The position numbers were made by a program, and so were the translations under genes. Of a stretch of 64,000 bases of DNA, positions 39,067 through 50,952 are shown piece by piece. Each line of letters opens with the position of its first letter. Position 1 is the first letter of the stretch. The notes beneath the pieces were generated by a model. That model did no database searches. It saw only the letters and a list, made by a program, of their open reading frames with translations, and was not told where the DNA came from. The stretch comes from Anaeramoeba ignava BMAN (taxonomy: Eukaryota; Protista; Anaeramoebae), in contig JAPDFW010000117.1 of the NCBI GenBank assembly GCA_028826165.1, positions 112,487 through 176,486 of the forward strand. The letters are read 5' to 3'.

Positions 39067-41182
39067 ATGACTGAAGTTTCATTTGAAAACAAATTTGAAA
39101 TTGATAACGCTGTTCGAGATGTTCATAATGAAAAGTCAGAAAATTCATGGTTAATGCTTTCATTTGTTGAATCAACAAATCCAAGAACAAAATGGTCTAC
39201 GATTAGATTACAAGCAATTGGTTCAGAAATTGAGGATTTAGTTTCTCATCTTCATAAAAAAATGTTTGCTTTTATTCTTGTTAGAGTTTTGGATAAATAT
39301 GATGGTTATGATACTTATCGTTATGCTTATATTTATTGGGTTTGTTTATTTTGAAATTTAAAAAAAATTTTTTTGGGGATAATTTTTCTAATTTCCTCAT
39401 TAATTTTTCAATTAAATTTTATAATTAATTTTTATAATTAATTTTTATAATTAATTTTTATAATTAAATTTCAATTAAATTTTATAATTAAATTTCACTT
39501 AATTTTTCAATTAAATTTCAATTAATTTTTATAATTAATTTTTATAATTAAATTTCAATTAAATTTTATAATTAATTTTTATAATTAAATTTCAATTAAA
39601 TTTTATAATTAAATTTCAATTAAATTTTATAATTAAATTTCATAATTAATTTTTATAATTCAATTTCAATTAAATTTTTCAATTAATTTTTCAATTAAAT
39701 TTTATAATTCAATTTTATAATTCATTTTTATAATTAATTTTTCAATTAATTTTTCAATTAAATTTCAATTAAATTTTATAATTCAATTTCAATTAAATTT
39801 TATAATTCAATTTCAATTAATTTTTATATCAATTCCAAAAATAATAAAAAAAGATTGGTGAAGAACTTCGTGGAATTGATCAAGCAAAAGTTGGTGTTAA
39901 AAAAGGAGCTATTGAAAAAGCTCTTGGTCATTGGAATGTTGAACTTCAAATTTCCGATTTTGAAGATATGACAATGGAAAATATTATGAAGAAAGGTATT
40001 TACAAATTTTGATTTAATTTTAATTTAATTTTAATTTAATTTTGATTTAATTTTGATTTAAATTTGATTTAAATTTGATTTAAATTTGATTTTAATTTTG
40101 ATTTAATTTTTTAAATTTAATTTTTGATTTAATTTTGATTTTAAATTTTTGATTTTAATTTTTTTGATTTAATTTTGATTTAATTTTGATTTAATTTTAA
40201 TTTAATATTAATTTAATTTTGATTTAATTTTGATTTAAATTTGATTTAATTTTAATTTAATTTTAATTTAATTTTGATTTAATTTTGATTTAATTTTGAT
40301 TTAATTTTGATTTAATTTAAATTTAATTTTGATTTAATTTTGATTTAAATTTAATTTAATTTTAATTTAATTTTGATTTAATTTTGATTTAATTTTGATT
40401 TAAATTTAATTTAATTTTAATTTAATTTTAATTTAATTTTGATTTAAATTTTGATTTAATTTTGAATTTAATTTTAATTTAATTTTAATTTAATTTTGAT
40501 TTAATTTTGATTTAATTTTGATTTAATTTTGATTTAATTTTGATTTAAATTTGATTTAATTTTGATTTAATTTTGATTTAATTTTAATTTAAAAATAGTT
40601 CAAGATGCAAGTGGAACAAGAGATAGAACATCAAACATTGGAGACGACAATCAAAATCCTAAATTAGTAAGTTATCACAGTGTACACAGTCAAACAGCCG
40701 AAAAAGCCAGCCGAAGAGTATTACACGGAGACGAACAAACAAAACAAACGAAACATTTTGTACCGATAGAAAAACAAGGAATGGAATTCATAAACGAATA
40801 TGAAATAAGAGATGCAATAGCAGCAATAAGAAACGATAACGATCCAACTGATTGGCTACTTCTTGAGTACGCAGGAAGAGATCAAGTTAAATTGTCACAA
40901 ACAGGAACTGGAGGCTTAGAAAGTTTGAAGGAAGTTTTGGACACAAGAAAAGTTCAATATGCAATGTTTAGAACAATTCATAGAGTTGATAAAACTGATA
41001 ATGTTAGATTCATTGTAATCCGTTGGGTTGGTGAGAATGTTCCTCCAACTGTTCGTGCAAGAGTTATTACTCATAAGGGTATGATTGATGATATTTTTAA
41101 TCCAGTTCATATTTCTATTGATGAACAATCTTTGACTTCTTTAACTTCTCAATCAATTAAAGAAAGATTAAAGAAACTTTAA
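39067..41182 (+). CDS. coactosin-like protein with two ADF-H domains; exons 39067-39339, 39854-39995, 40599-41182
   Basis: Two ADF-H units (IDNAVRDV...SWLML...YAYIYW|IGE; IRDAIAAIRNDNDPTDWLLLEY...FIVIRWVGENV); both introns are satellite-filled. Confidence 0.85.
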
Positions 41183-41590
41183 TTTCCTTTTAATTTCCTT
41201 TTAATTTTCTTTTAATTTTCTTTTAATTTTCTTTTAATTTTCTTTCAATTCCACTTTTTTTTTTAATTCCACTTTTTTTTTTTAAATTGAACTAGCAAAA
41301 AAAAAACAAAATTTTAATTTAATTTTTTTTTTTATTTTTTAAACAAATTTTATTCAAAATTCTTAAAAGCAAAAAAATAAATTTTGAATTAAATTAGAAA
41401 ATAAATTTGAATTAAATTAGAAAATAAATTTGAATTAAATTTTGAATTAAATTTTGAATTAAATTTTGAATTAAATTTGAATTGAAATGGAATTAAATTT
41501 TGAATTAAATTTGAATTAAATTTGAATTAAATTTTGAATTAAAATTTGAATTAAATTTTGAATTAAATTAGGAAATAAATTTGAATTAAA

Positions 41591-42160
41591 TTTGAATTGA
41601 AATGGAAAAGTAACTTTTAAGAAATTTGAAATCAATTTGAAATTATTCTATCTTAATTCCAATTAAAAAAAAAGTAAATTAAAATTTTGAATTAAATTTT
41701 GAATTAAATTTGAATTAAATTTTGGACTAAATTAGAATTAAATTAGAAATTAAATTTGAAATAAATTTGAATTAAATTAGAATTAAATTTTGAATTAAAT
41801 TTTGAATTAAATTAGAATTAAATTAGAAATTAAATTTGAAATAAATTTGAATTAAATTAGAAATTAAATTTGAAATAAATTTGAATTAAATTTGAATTAA
41901 ATTTTGAATTAAATTTTGAATTAAATTTTGAATTAAATTTTGAATTAAATTAGAAAATAAATTTGAATTAAATTTTGGATTAAATTTGAATTAAATTTGA
42001 ATTAAATTTTGAATTAAATTTTGAATTAAATTAGAAAATAAATTTGAATTAAATTTTGAATTTGAATTGAAATGGAAAAGTAACTTTTAAGAAATTTGAA
42101 ATCAATTTGAAATTATTCTATCTTAATTCCAATTAAAAAAAAAGTAAATTAAAATTTTGA
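41591..42160. repeat. perfect 100-bp direct repeat (41591-41690 = 42061-42160) within a TTTGAATTAAA satellite
   Basis: Base-by-base identity. Confidence 0.9.
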
Positions 42161-42169
42161 TTAAAAAAA

Positions 42170-44362
42170 TCAATTGGCATAATTATCAAGATAATATTCA
42201 TAACAAAACAAGCAAGTAAAGAAATGTTCCAAAGCAGCACTTGAGACACAAATATGCCAAATCTGATGAGAACTTCCAAATATATTAAAACGACCTTTTT
42301 TCGACCATCTTTCTGGGAACTTAAGAGTATAAAAAGCGACACCAATCAAGTATAAAGAACCCATAATAACAAGTCTAATACAAAACTCAATAAAGAACGA
42401 TTTAGGAACAAGCCAATAAGAATGAATCAATGGGGCAACTCCAATCAAACCCATAATGGAAAACAATAGAGCAGAAGTTTTTTTTCTTGTTTCCAAAAAA
42501 CCGTTGAAAAAAAATATAACAATTAACATAAAAGATCCAAAAACGGAAATTATTATCAAATATAAATTGCGATAATTTGTAAATTGATAAAGAGCAAAAT
42601 AAAGCAAAGGTATAAATGAGCAAACAATAAGAAGCACAATTCCCAAAAGATCAAATTTCAGGAATAAACTCAATATTTTGTTTGAATGACATTCATAAAT
42701 GTGATAAACTGTTGATGCTATAAAACATGATAATGCTCCAAATGGATATGTTGCAAATATCCATTTATCCATTGCTGTTGATTTTTTGATTTTGTCTTTT
42801 GTGTAAACGTAAATGATTAATCCAAAAACGATGAATATTGGAATAAATGTTGTCCATATATTTAATGTCTATTTTCAAAATGAATTTTAATTTTATAAAT
42901 AAATTTTAATTTTAATTTTAATTTTAATTTTATAAATAAATTTTAATTTTAATTTTGATTTTAATTTTAATTTTAATTTTAATTATAATTTTAATTTTAA
43001 TTTTAATTTTAATTTTATAAATAAATTTTAATTTTAATTTTAATTTTAATTTTAATTTTAATTTTAATTTTAATTTTAATTTTAATTTTAATTTTAATTT
43101 TAATTTTAATTTTTAATTTTAATTTTAATTTTAATTTTAATTTTAATTTTAATTTTAATTTTAATTTTAATTTTGATTTTAATTTTAATTTTAATTTAAA
43201 TTTTAATTTTAATTTTAATTTTTAATTTTAATTTTATAAATAAATTTTTAATTTTAATTTTAATTTTAATTTTAATTTTAATTTTAATTTTAATTTTAAA
43301 TTTAATTTTAATTTTAATTTGAATTTTTAATTTTAATTATAATTTTAATTTTAATTTTAATTTAATTTTAATTTAATTTTAATTTTTATTTTAATTTTAA
43401 TTTTAATTTTAATTTTAATTTTGGTTTTAATTATAATTTTATTTTTAATTTTAATTTTAAATTTAATTTTAATTTTAATTTTAATTTTAATTTTAATTTT
43501 AATTTTAATTTTATAAATAAATTTTAATTTTAATTTTGATTTTTAATTTTGATTTTTGATTTTGATTTTTATTTTAATTTTATAAATGAATTTTAATTTT
43601 AATTTTAATTTTAATTTTAAATTTTAATTTTAATTTTAATTTTAAATTTTAATTTTAATTTTAATTTTAATTTTGAATTTTAATTTTAATTTTAATTTTA
43701 ATTTTATAAATGAATTTTAATTTTAATTTTTATTTTAATTTTAATTTTAATTTTTATTTTAATTTTAATTTTAATTTTATAAATGAATTTTAATTTTAAT
43801 TTTTATTTTAATTTTAATTTTAATTTATATTTTTAATTTTAATTTGAATTTTAATTTTATAAATGAATTTTAATTTTATAAATGAATTTTAAATAAATAA
43901 AAAAAAACAAACTTCATTATGAAGCTTAAAAATGCTTCGAGTGCATTTCCAAAAAGAATAGTTATTTCTATAACCATGTTTAAGAAAAGGATTATCACGT
44001 CTAAGTTCATGAATTTCTTCAAGTGAAAAAAGTTGAAATTCATTTAATTTTGATTTTTTATCTTCAAAATTGATAAATTCAAATTCAAGTTCACTTTCAT
44101 AATCTTCTTTAAATTCTGTATCTTTTTCAGTTGTTTTTTCAGTTGTTTTTTCAGTTGTTTTTTCAGTTGTTTTTTCAGTTGTTACTTCAACTATTTGGTC
44201 AGAATTTGTTTTGATTTCAATTGTTTTTTCTGAATCAGTTTCTTTTGTTTCATTTATTTTTTCTGAATCAGTTTCTGTTAAATCACTTATTTTTTCTGAA
44301 TCAGTTTCTGTTATTTCAACCAATTTTTCTGAATCAGTATCTATTATTTGACTCATTTGCAT
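42170..44362 (-). CDS. PAQR / adiponectin-receptor-like (hemolysin III) membrane protein; exons 44362-43913, 42868-42170
   Basis: DNPFLKHGYR, SIFKLHNE|TLNIWT, STVYH, FDLLGI, KFPERW..GRFNIFGSSHQIWH. Confidence 0.9.
42885..43890. repeat. intronic (TTTTAA)n satellite
   Basis: Fills the 1044-nt PAQR intron. Confidence 0.9.
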
Positions 44363-44570
44363 TTTTGTTTATTATATTTTTTTTTGGTTTATTCAATTTA
44401 AAAAATTGTTTTTTTTTTGTTATTTCAAAAAAATTAAAAAAAAAATGAAAAAATAAAAATTAAAAAAAAAATAAAAAAAATTAAAGAAAATAAAAATAAC
44501 TAAATTTTTGTTCTTTTAATTATTTTAATTATTTTAATTATTTTAATTATTTTAAAAAAGAAAAAACAAT

Positions 44571-45960
44571 TTATTCGAATCCAAAAAATCCTAAAATTGC
44601 TATTAAAATAAAACCTATTGGTTTAAAATAGTTTTTTTCATTTGCTAAAAGTGATAATGAACCAATTTTTGGAATATAACCCCAAATAACCCCATGAATA
44701 TGTTCTTGTTCAAGGAAATATTGTCCATTTTTATGATCATAAAGGCTTTGATCTGGATATTTATTGAAATCTCCTTTTGTTAATATTTTTTCTTTTCCAT
44801 TCGCACTTTTAATTTGATTTTTTAATTGATTTTGATTTAAATTTATATTTTGATTTTAATTTTAATTTATATTTTGATTTTTATTTTGAATTTTAATTTT
44901 GATTTATATTTTGATTTATATTTTGATTTTAATTTTGATTTTGATTTAGATTTATATTTTGATTTTGATTTTAATTTTAATTTTAATTTATATTTTGATT
45001 TTGATTTTGATTTTGATTTTGATTTTAATTTTAATTTATATTTATATTTTAATTTATATTTTGATTTTGATTTTGATTTAGATTTAGATTTTGATTTATA
45101 TTTTAATTTTGATTTTGATTTTAATTTTAATTTTGATTTTGATTTATATTTTGATTTAGATTTATATTTAAATTTATATTTTGATTTAGATTTAGATTTT
45201 GATTTATATTTATATTTTAATTTAGATTTTAATTTTGATTTTGATTTTAATTTTGATTTAAATTTATATTTTAATTTATATTTTGATTTAGATTTATATT
45301 TTAATTTATATTTTGATTTTAATTTTGATTTATATTTTGATATATATTTTGATTTTGATTTAGATTTATATTTTTGATTTTAATTTTAATTTATATTTTA
45401 ATTTATATTTTGATTTTTAAATTGATTTATATTTTGATTTTAATTTATATTTTAATTTAGATTTTAATTTTGATTTTGATTTATATTTTGATTTTAATTT
45501 TAATTTTGATTTAAATTTAAATTTATATTTTAATTTATATTTTGATTTTAATTTTATTTTTAATTTTAATTTTGATTTTAATTTAAATTTTGATTTTAAT
45601 TTTGATATAAAAATGAAAAAAGAAGAAAAAATACTCAGTAAAAACACTAATAATACGATGAACAACGGGAATATTTTGTTGTGTAGTTTTAAAAACAACG
45701 ATTTGACCAGATTTATAATGATGATTTCTATTAGAAATAAAAAGAATATCACCTCTAGAAAAACCAGGTTCCATACTTCCACTCATAACAACTACAACTG
45801 GTCCTTCTGTTTGCATTAAAAGCTTTAAAAGTTCCCATACAAATAATCCCATTGCAAATACTAATCCTACTTCAGTAAATTTCATTATACTTCGTGCTAT
45901 ACTTGTGTTTTCAATCCCAAAAAACGTTAATATTTTCTGGTTAATTTTTTTCATTTTCAT
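44571..45960 (-). CDS. SEC11: signal peptidase complex catalytic subunit SEC11; exons 45960-45635, 44805-44571
   Basis: PVVVVMSGSMEPGFSRGDIL, IPVVHR, ILTKGDFN..D, GYIPKIG; 829-nt satellite intron. Confidence 0.9.
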
Positions 45961-46068
45961 TTTTATTTTTTTATTTTTTATTTATTTAAGAAAAAAATTA
46001 AAAAATGATTTTTTTTCATTTTTTTTTCCTTTTTTTCTTTATTTTTTTTCTTTATTTTTATTTGGAAA

Positions 46069-49000
46069 ATGACTAATTTAAATTCACTTGGTAAAAAAAC
46101 CAAACAAACATTTTCTTTTTCCTTCATTTTTATTAATTCTAGTGCAAATTCACAAAGAAATCCACAAAGAAATCCATAAAGAAATTTACAAAGAAATTCA
46201 CAAAGAAATGCAAATTAAAATCCAAATCCAAATACAAATACAAATACAAATACAAATACAAATACAAATACAAATCCAAATACAAATACAAATCCAATTC
46301 CAATTCCAAATTAAAATACAATTCCAAATTAAAATCCAAATCCAAATCCAAATCCAAATCCAAATCCAAATCCAAATCCAAATCCAAATCCAAAATTAAA
46401 ATACAAATACAAATCCAAATACAAATACAAATACAAATCCAAATACAAATACAAATCCAAATCCAAATCCAAATCCAAATTAAAATACAAATACAAATCC
46501 AAATCCAAATCCAAATCCAATTCCAAATCCAAATTAAAATACAATTCCAAATTAAAATCCAAATCCAAATCCAAATACAATTCCAAATTAAAATCCAAAT
46601 ACAAATATAAATATCCAAATTAAAATCCAAATCCAAATCCAAATCCAAATCCAAATTAAAATCCAATTCCAAATTAAAATACAAATCCAAATACAAATCC
46701 AATTCCAAATTAAAATCCAATTCCAAATTAAAATACAAATCCAAATACAAATACAAATCCAAATCCAAATCCAAATACAAATACAAATACAAATCCAAAT
46801 TAAAATACAAATCCAAATACAAATACAAATACAAATCCAAATCCAAATCCAAATCCAAATACAAATACAAATCCAAATCCAATTCTAAATACAAATACAA
46901 ATACAAATACAAATACAAATCCAAATCCAAATCCAAATCCAAATACAAATCCAAATCCAAATCCAAATACAAATCCAAATCCAAATCCAAATCCAAATCC
47001 AAATCCAAATACAAATACAAATACAAATACAAATATAAATATAAATACAAATATAAATACAAATCCAAATCCAAATACAAATACAAATATAAATACAAAT
47101 TCAAATACAAATCCAAATACAAATACAAATACAAATACAAATACAAATACAAATACAAATACAAATACAAATACAAATACAAATACAAATACAAATACAA
47201 ATACAAATACAAATACAAATACAAATACAAATACAAATACAAATACAAATACAAATACAAATACAAATACAAATACAAATACAAATACAAATACAAATAC
47301 AAATACAAATACAAATACAAATACAAATACAAATACAAATACAAATACAAATACAAATATAAATACAAATACAAATATAAATCCAAATCCAAATCCAAAT
47401 ACAAATCCAAATACAAATCCAAATACAAATCCAAATCCAAATCCAAATCCAATTCAAATACAAATACAAATACAAATACAAATACAATTTAAATTCAAAT
47501 TCAAATTCAAATACAAATCCAAATTAAAATACAAATACAAATCCAATTCCAAATCCAAATCCAAATCCAAATCCAAATCCAAATACAAATACAAATACAA
47601 ATCCAAATACAAATACAAATCCAAATCCAAATCCAAATCCAAATACAAATACAAATACAAATACAAATACAAATACAAATACAAATACAAATCCAAATAC
47701 AAATACAAATACAAATACAAATACAAATACAAATATAAATACAAATACAAATACAAATACAAATACAAATACAAATACAAATTAAAATACAAATTAAAAT
47801 CCAATTCAAATTCAAATCTAAATCTAAACCTAAATTCAAATCCAAATTCAAATTAAAATTTATTTTGAAAATGAAAATTAAAATTTATTTTGAAAATTAA
47901 AATTCATTTTGAAAATTAAAATTCATTTTGAAAATTAAAATTCATTTTGAAAATTAAAATTCATTTTGAAAATTAAAATTCATTTTGAAAATTAAAATTT
48001 ATTTTGAAAATTAAAATTTATAAAAAAAAAGATAAAAAAACAAAATTGAATTTGCTAAGAAGTGAATACAAAAAACTCGCAAAAATCTTCAAAGAATACC
48101 AAGAAAAACAAAAAACAGATCTTCAAACTATTCAATCTATAAAAGAAGAAAATCAACACTTATCAAATCTCATAGAAGAAAAAACAGAATTCATTTCTAA
48201 ACAAAAAAATATTCTTTCGGAAAAAAAACTTAAATTGGAAAAAATTCAACAAAAAACTGAAGAAACTAAAAAAGAACTAGAAGAATTCTCAGAAAAACAT
48301 GATAAACTGAAAAAAGAATTGGAAAACTTTAATATTAAAACTCAAAATTTGAAAATTTTAGAACAAGATCGAGATAGTTTGAAAGAACAACAAGAAGAAA
48401 TGATGAAAGAATTAGAAACAAAAGAAGCTGAAAAATTACGCGTAGATATTTTATTTTATTTTATTTTATTATAAATTTTCCAAAATACAAGACATTTAGA
48501 AAAAATTTTAACAAAAATTCCCAAAAACAAAATAAAACAAAATTTCTAGTTAATGGAAGAAATTGAAAAAATCCAAAAAGAACTCGATGATTCAAATTTA
48601 AAAATTGCTGATATTGATAAAAAAATCAAAACTACAGTCGAATTAAGAACTGAAGCCCAAAAAAAAGAAGATAAAAAAGTTCGAGACATCTTCAAACTTC
48701 CTTCAACAGAATTTTTTTATAACAGTAAAAAATTCTTTATTAAAAATTAAAATTAAAATTCAAATAATTCTCTTGGAAATTAGGTTATTTTTGTTGGAAA
48801 GCTTTATCAAACGGAACACTTTATTTAACAACAAGTTATATCGGTTTCAAACCAAGACTTTTGAAAAAACCTTTTGCTTTTCCAATTAGAGATATTGTTC
48901 AAATTGAAAAAAAGAAAAATGTTACAAATATTGACAACTCAATTGAAATTACAAGAAAATCAAAAAAAGAAGTAAAAAATTTAAATTCAAAATAAAAATT

Positions 49001-49145
49001 GATTTTTGGATTTTTATTTTCTTTTTTTTTTTAGACAATCTTTTTCGCTTCTTTTCTTGTTGGAAAAAGAGATCGATGTGTTACAGACATAATTTCACAA
49101 GCAAAAAAATTGGATCATGAAATTATTGTTAAAGAAATCAAATGA
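46069..49145 (+). CDS. coiled-coil + C-terminal GRAM-domain protein; exons 46069-46090, 48032-48441, 48550-48724, 48784-48971, 49035-49145
   Basis: FKLPSTEFFYNSYFC...GTLYLTTSYIGF...PIRDIVQIEK...NSIEI...FFASF...RD GRAM signature; the phase-1 join across the 1.94-kb first intron is inferred. Confidence 0.75.
46210..47850. repeat. (AAATAC/AAATCC)n hexamer microsatellite, about 1.6 kb, followed by a 19-nt repeat (about 47860-48010)
   Basis: Directly visible; lies in the putative first intron of the GRAM gene. Confidence 0.95.
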
Positions 49146-49184
49146 TGAAGAAAAAAAAAATATTTTTTTTTTTAATTTTATTAT

Positions 49185-50867
49185 CTATCTAATTTCAATA
49201 AAGAAAATTCCTCTTCGATTTTCATTTTTTAAATAGTTTAATTCTTCTTGTTCATTTTGATTTGATTTTTGGAAATTATAACGAACTTGATCTCGATTTG
49301 CTAAGAAAATAATCAATGAATTTTTTGGAATTATTGAGAAAATATTTTTCAAATGTCGATCTAAATTAACTAAAGGAATTGTTTTTTTTTCAAAATTATT
49401 TTCAGTTTCTGTTTCTGAATCAATCAAAATATGATCAAATTCATGAGCGGAATTAAGAACTTGATCGCAAACTAAAAAAGTCAAAGGAGTTGAATTTGGC
49501 AAAGTTTTCTCTTCTTTTTTCTGATTATTTTTTGGTTCATTTGCTTTTTTTAAATCAACTTGTAAAAATAAATTGGAAATTTTTGCGATTTGATCTTCAT
49601 CAGAATTTGTCAAAAACATTTGCTTGTTGAAATGAGTGAAAAATTCAACAACTTGGGTCAAATGACTAGGAATAACAAAGTTCATCGGTTTATTTGTCCC
49701 GAATTTGAAGGAAACAATATTATCAAGAAAAAGATCAAGTTTTTTATCATCAAATTGCTGTTTTCCAAATGAAATTCCTTTCATCAATTTCAACTTCAAA
49801 AGCTTGAGCGAAGTAACACAATCAACCACACTATCATGTCCTTTCGCATTGTTTTGGATCTCGTGAAAAAGCAGTTTTGAAGAGAGCCATTTCAAAGCAG
49901 GCTTATTTTCTGGATTTTGAAAATTGGAATAAATCAACGAAGTATCGATAATTTTTGGATGAATCACTTTGAGGCTAATGAGATCGTTATTCAGGGAGTG
50001 GCCAACTATAATTGTTTCTCTTGGCACCATTTGGATAAATTCCTGCTGGACTTCTGCCAGCTTCTTTCGTGCTTTTGACAAGATTTCTCTTGTTATTCCT
50101 GAGTATTTTGTTTTGTAATCAATAACCGGATTTTCTGGCAAAACAAGTTCATCATAAATAACTTGATACAGCAAATCCACAATTGTGATCCTTGTCAATT
50201 CCATCCCTTCTTTTGTTTGGCACATTTCGCAATCCAAAGCTAAAATTTCCCGATTTTTCTCAATCTTGTTTTGCTTATCCAAATGTACCAGATCTGCAAC
50301 TGGTTTTGTTCTTAAAAATTCAGGGTTTTTCTCCTCATTTGGATACCCGTTTGTCGCAAGCTGCTCCTCGGAAAGAAGTAGCTGATCAACCTCAATCAAA
50401 GGCTTCTCCTCTTCAATCATTTTTTCAAGAAGCAAAAATTTTTGTTCTCTTTTTTTCTTTCTTGTCTTTCTTCGTTTTCTTTTAATTGTTTCCTTTTTGC
50501 CGGCAATCGGTTGACCCGAATTAGGGACATTGAACAATCTCAAGAAATATGAAAAATGTGAAGAAAATTCTACATTTCTTGTGATCGGAATTGTTTGAAG
50601 AAATTCACTGTGCAAGATCTCGTGTTTGAGTTGTGGAAGAAAAACTTGATATTGATCATAAATTTGATAATCCAATCCAGGACAATATATAAATATTATT
50701 TGCTTGATTAATTCTGCATTTGCAATTTGGATCCATTTCGGCTCGTTTTTCTCAAAGGAAAGTAAATAGTGAAATAATTTTCGTGTTTCTCGAATGTTTA
50801 ATATGTTGTGAAAAATTTGATTTGATTGAATTGAAATTTTTATTTTTTCTGTTTGATTTGAATCCAT
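49185..50867 (-). CDS. DEDDh RNA exonuclease, REXO1/REXO5 (REX1)-like
   Basis: LALDCEMC, ELTRITIVD, DYKTKYSGIT, IVGHSLNNDL, IIDTS, KPALKWLS, GHDSVVD. Confidence 0.88.
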   Translation of the reverse strand: MDSNQTEKIKISIQSNQIFHNILNIRETRKLFHYLLSFEKNEPKWIQIANAELIKQIIFIYCPGLDYQIYDQYQVFLPQLKHEILHSEFLQTIPITRNVEFSSHFSYFLRLFNVPNSGQPIAGKKETIKRKRRKTRKKKREQKFLLLEKMIEEEKPLIEVDQLLLSEEQLATNGYPNEEKNPEFLRTKPVADLVHLDKQNKIEKNREILALDCEMCQTKEGMELTRITIVDLLYQVIYDELVLPENPVIDYKTKYSGITREILSKARKKLAEVQQEFIQMVPRETIIVGHSLNNDLISLKVIHPKIIDTSLIYSNFQNPENKPALKWLSSKLLFHEIQNNAKGHDSVVDCVTSLKLLKLKLMKGISFGKQQFDDKKLDLFLDNIVSFKFGTNKPMNFVIPSHLTQVVEFFTHFNKQMFLTNSDEDQIAKISNLFLQVDLKKANEPKNNQKKEEKTLPNSTPLTFLVCDQVLNSAHEFDHILIDSETETENNFEKKTIPLVNLDRHLKNIFSIIPKNSLIIFLANRDQVRYNFQKSNQNEQEELNYLKNENRRGIFFIEIR

Positions 50868-50952
50868 TTTTGAAAAAATGAAAAATGAAAAATGAAAAAT
50901 GAAAAAATGAAAAAATGAAAAATGAAAAAATGAAAAAATGAAAAAAATTGAA

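Noticed and set aside
42061-42172. TGA stop plus duplicated 3' segment as Sec codon plus SECIS
   Set aside because: TGA is at the natural protein end, there is no redox motif, and no SECIS core or stem is visible
46143-46399. Alternative exon 2 of the GRAM gene (VQIHKEIHKE...) after the AG at 46141-46142
   Set aside because: Runs into the microsatellite and stops at 46399; the 48032 acceptor gives a coherent protein, though RNA data are needed to exclude it
46210-47850. (AAATAC/AAATCC)n as an interstitial telomere or centromere
   Set aside because: Mixed degenerate hexamers like other intronic satellites; no G-rich telomeric consensus
44850-47851. Long dipeptide ORFs (YLYL, ICIC, QIQI, DFDF) and similar ones at 109, 5658, 8760, 9499, 26746, 38487
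   Set aside because: Stop-free frames of 6/12-mer satellites lying in introns or spacers
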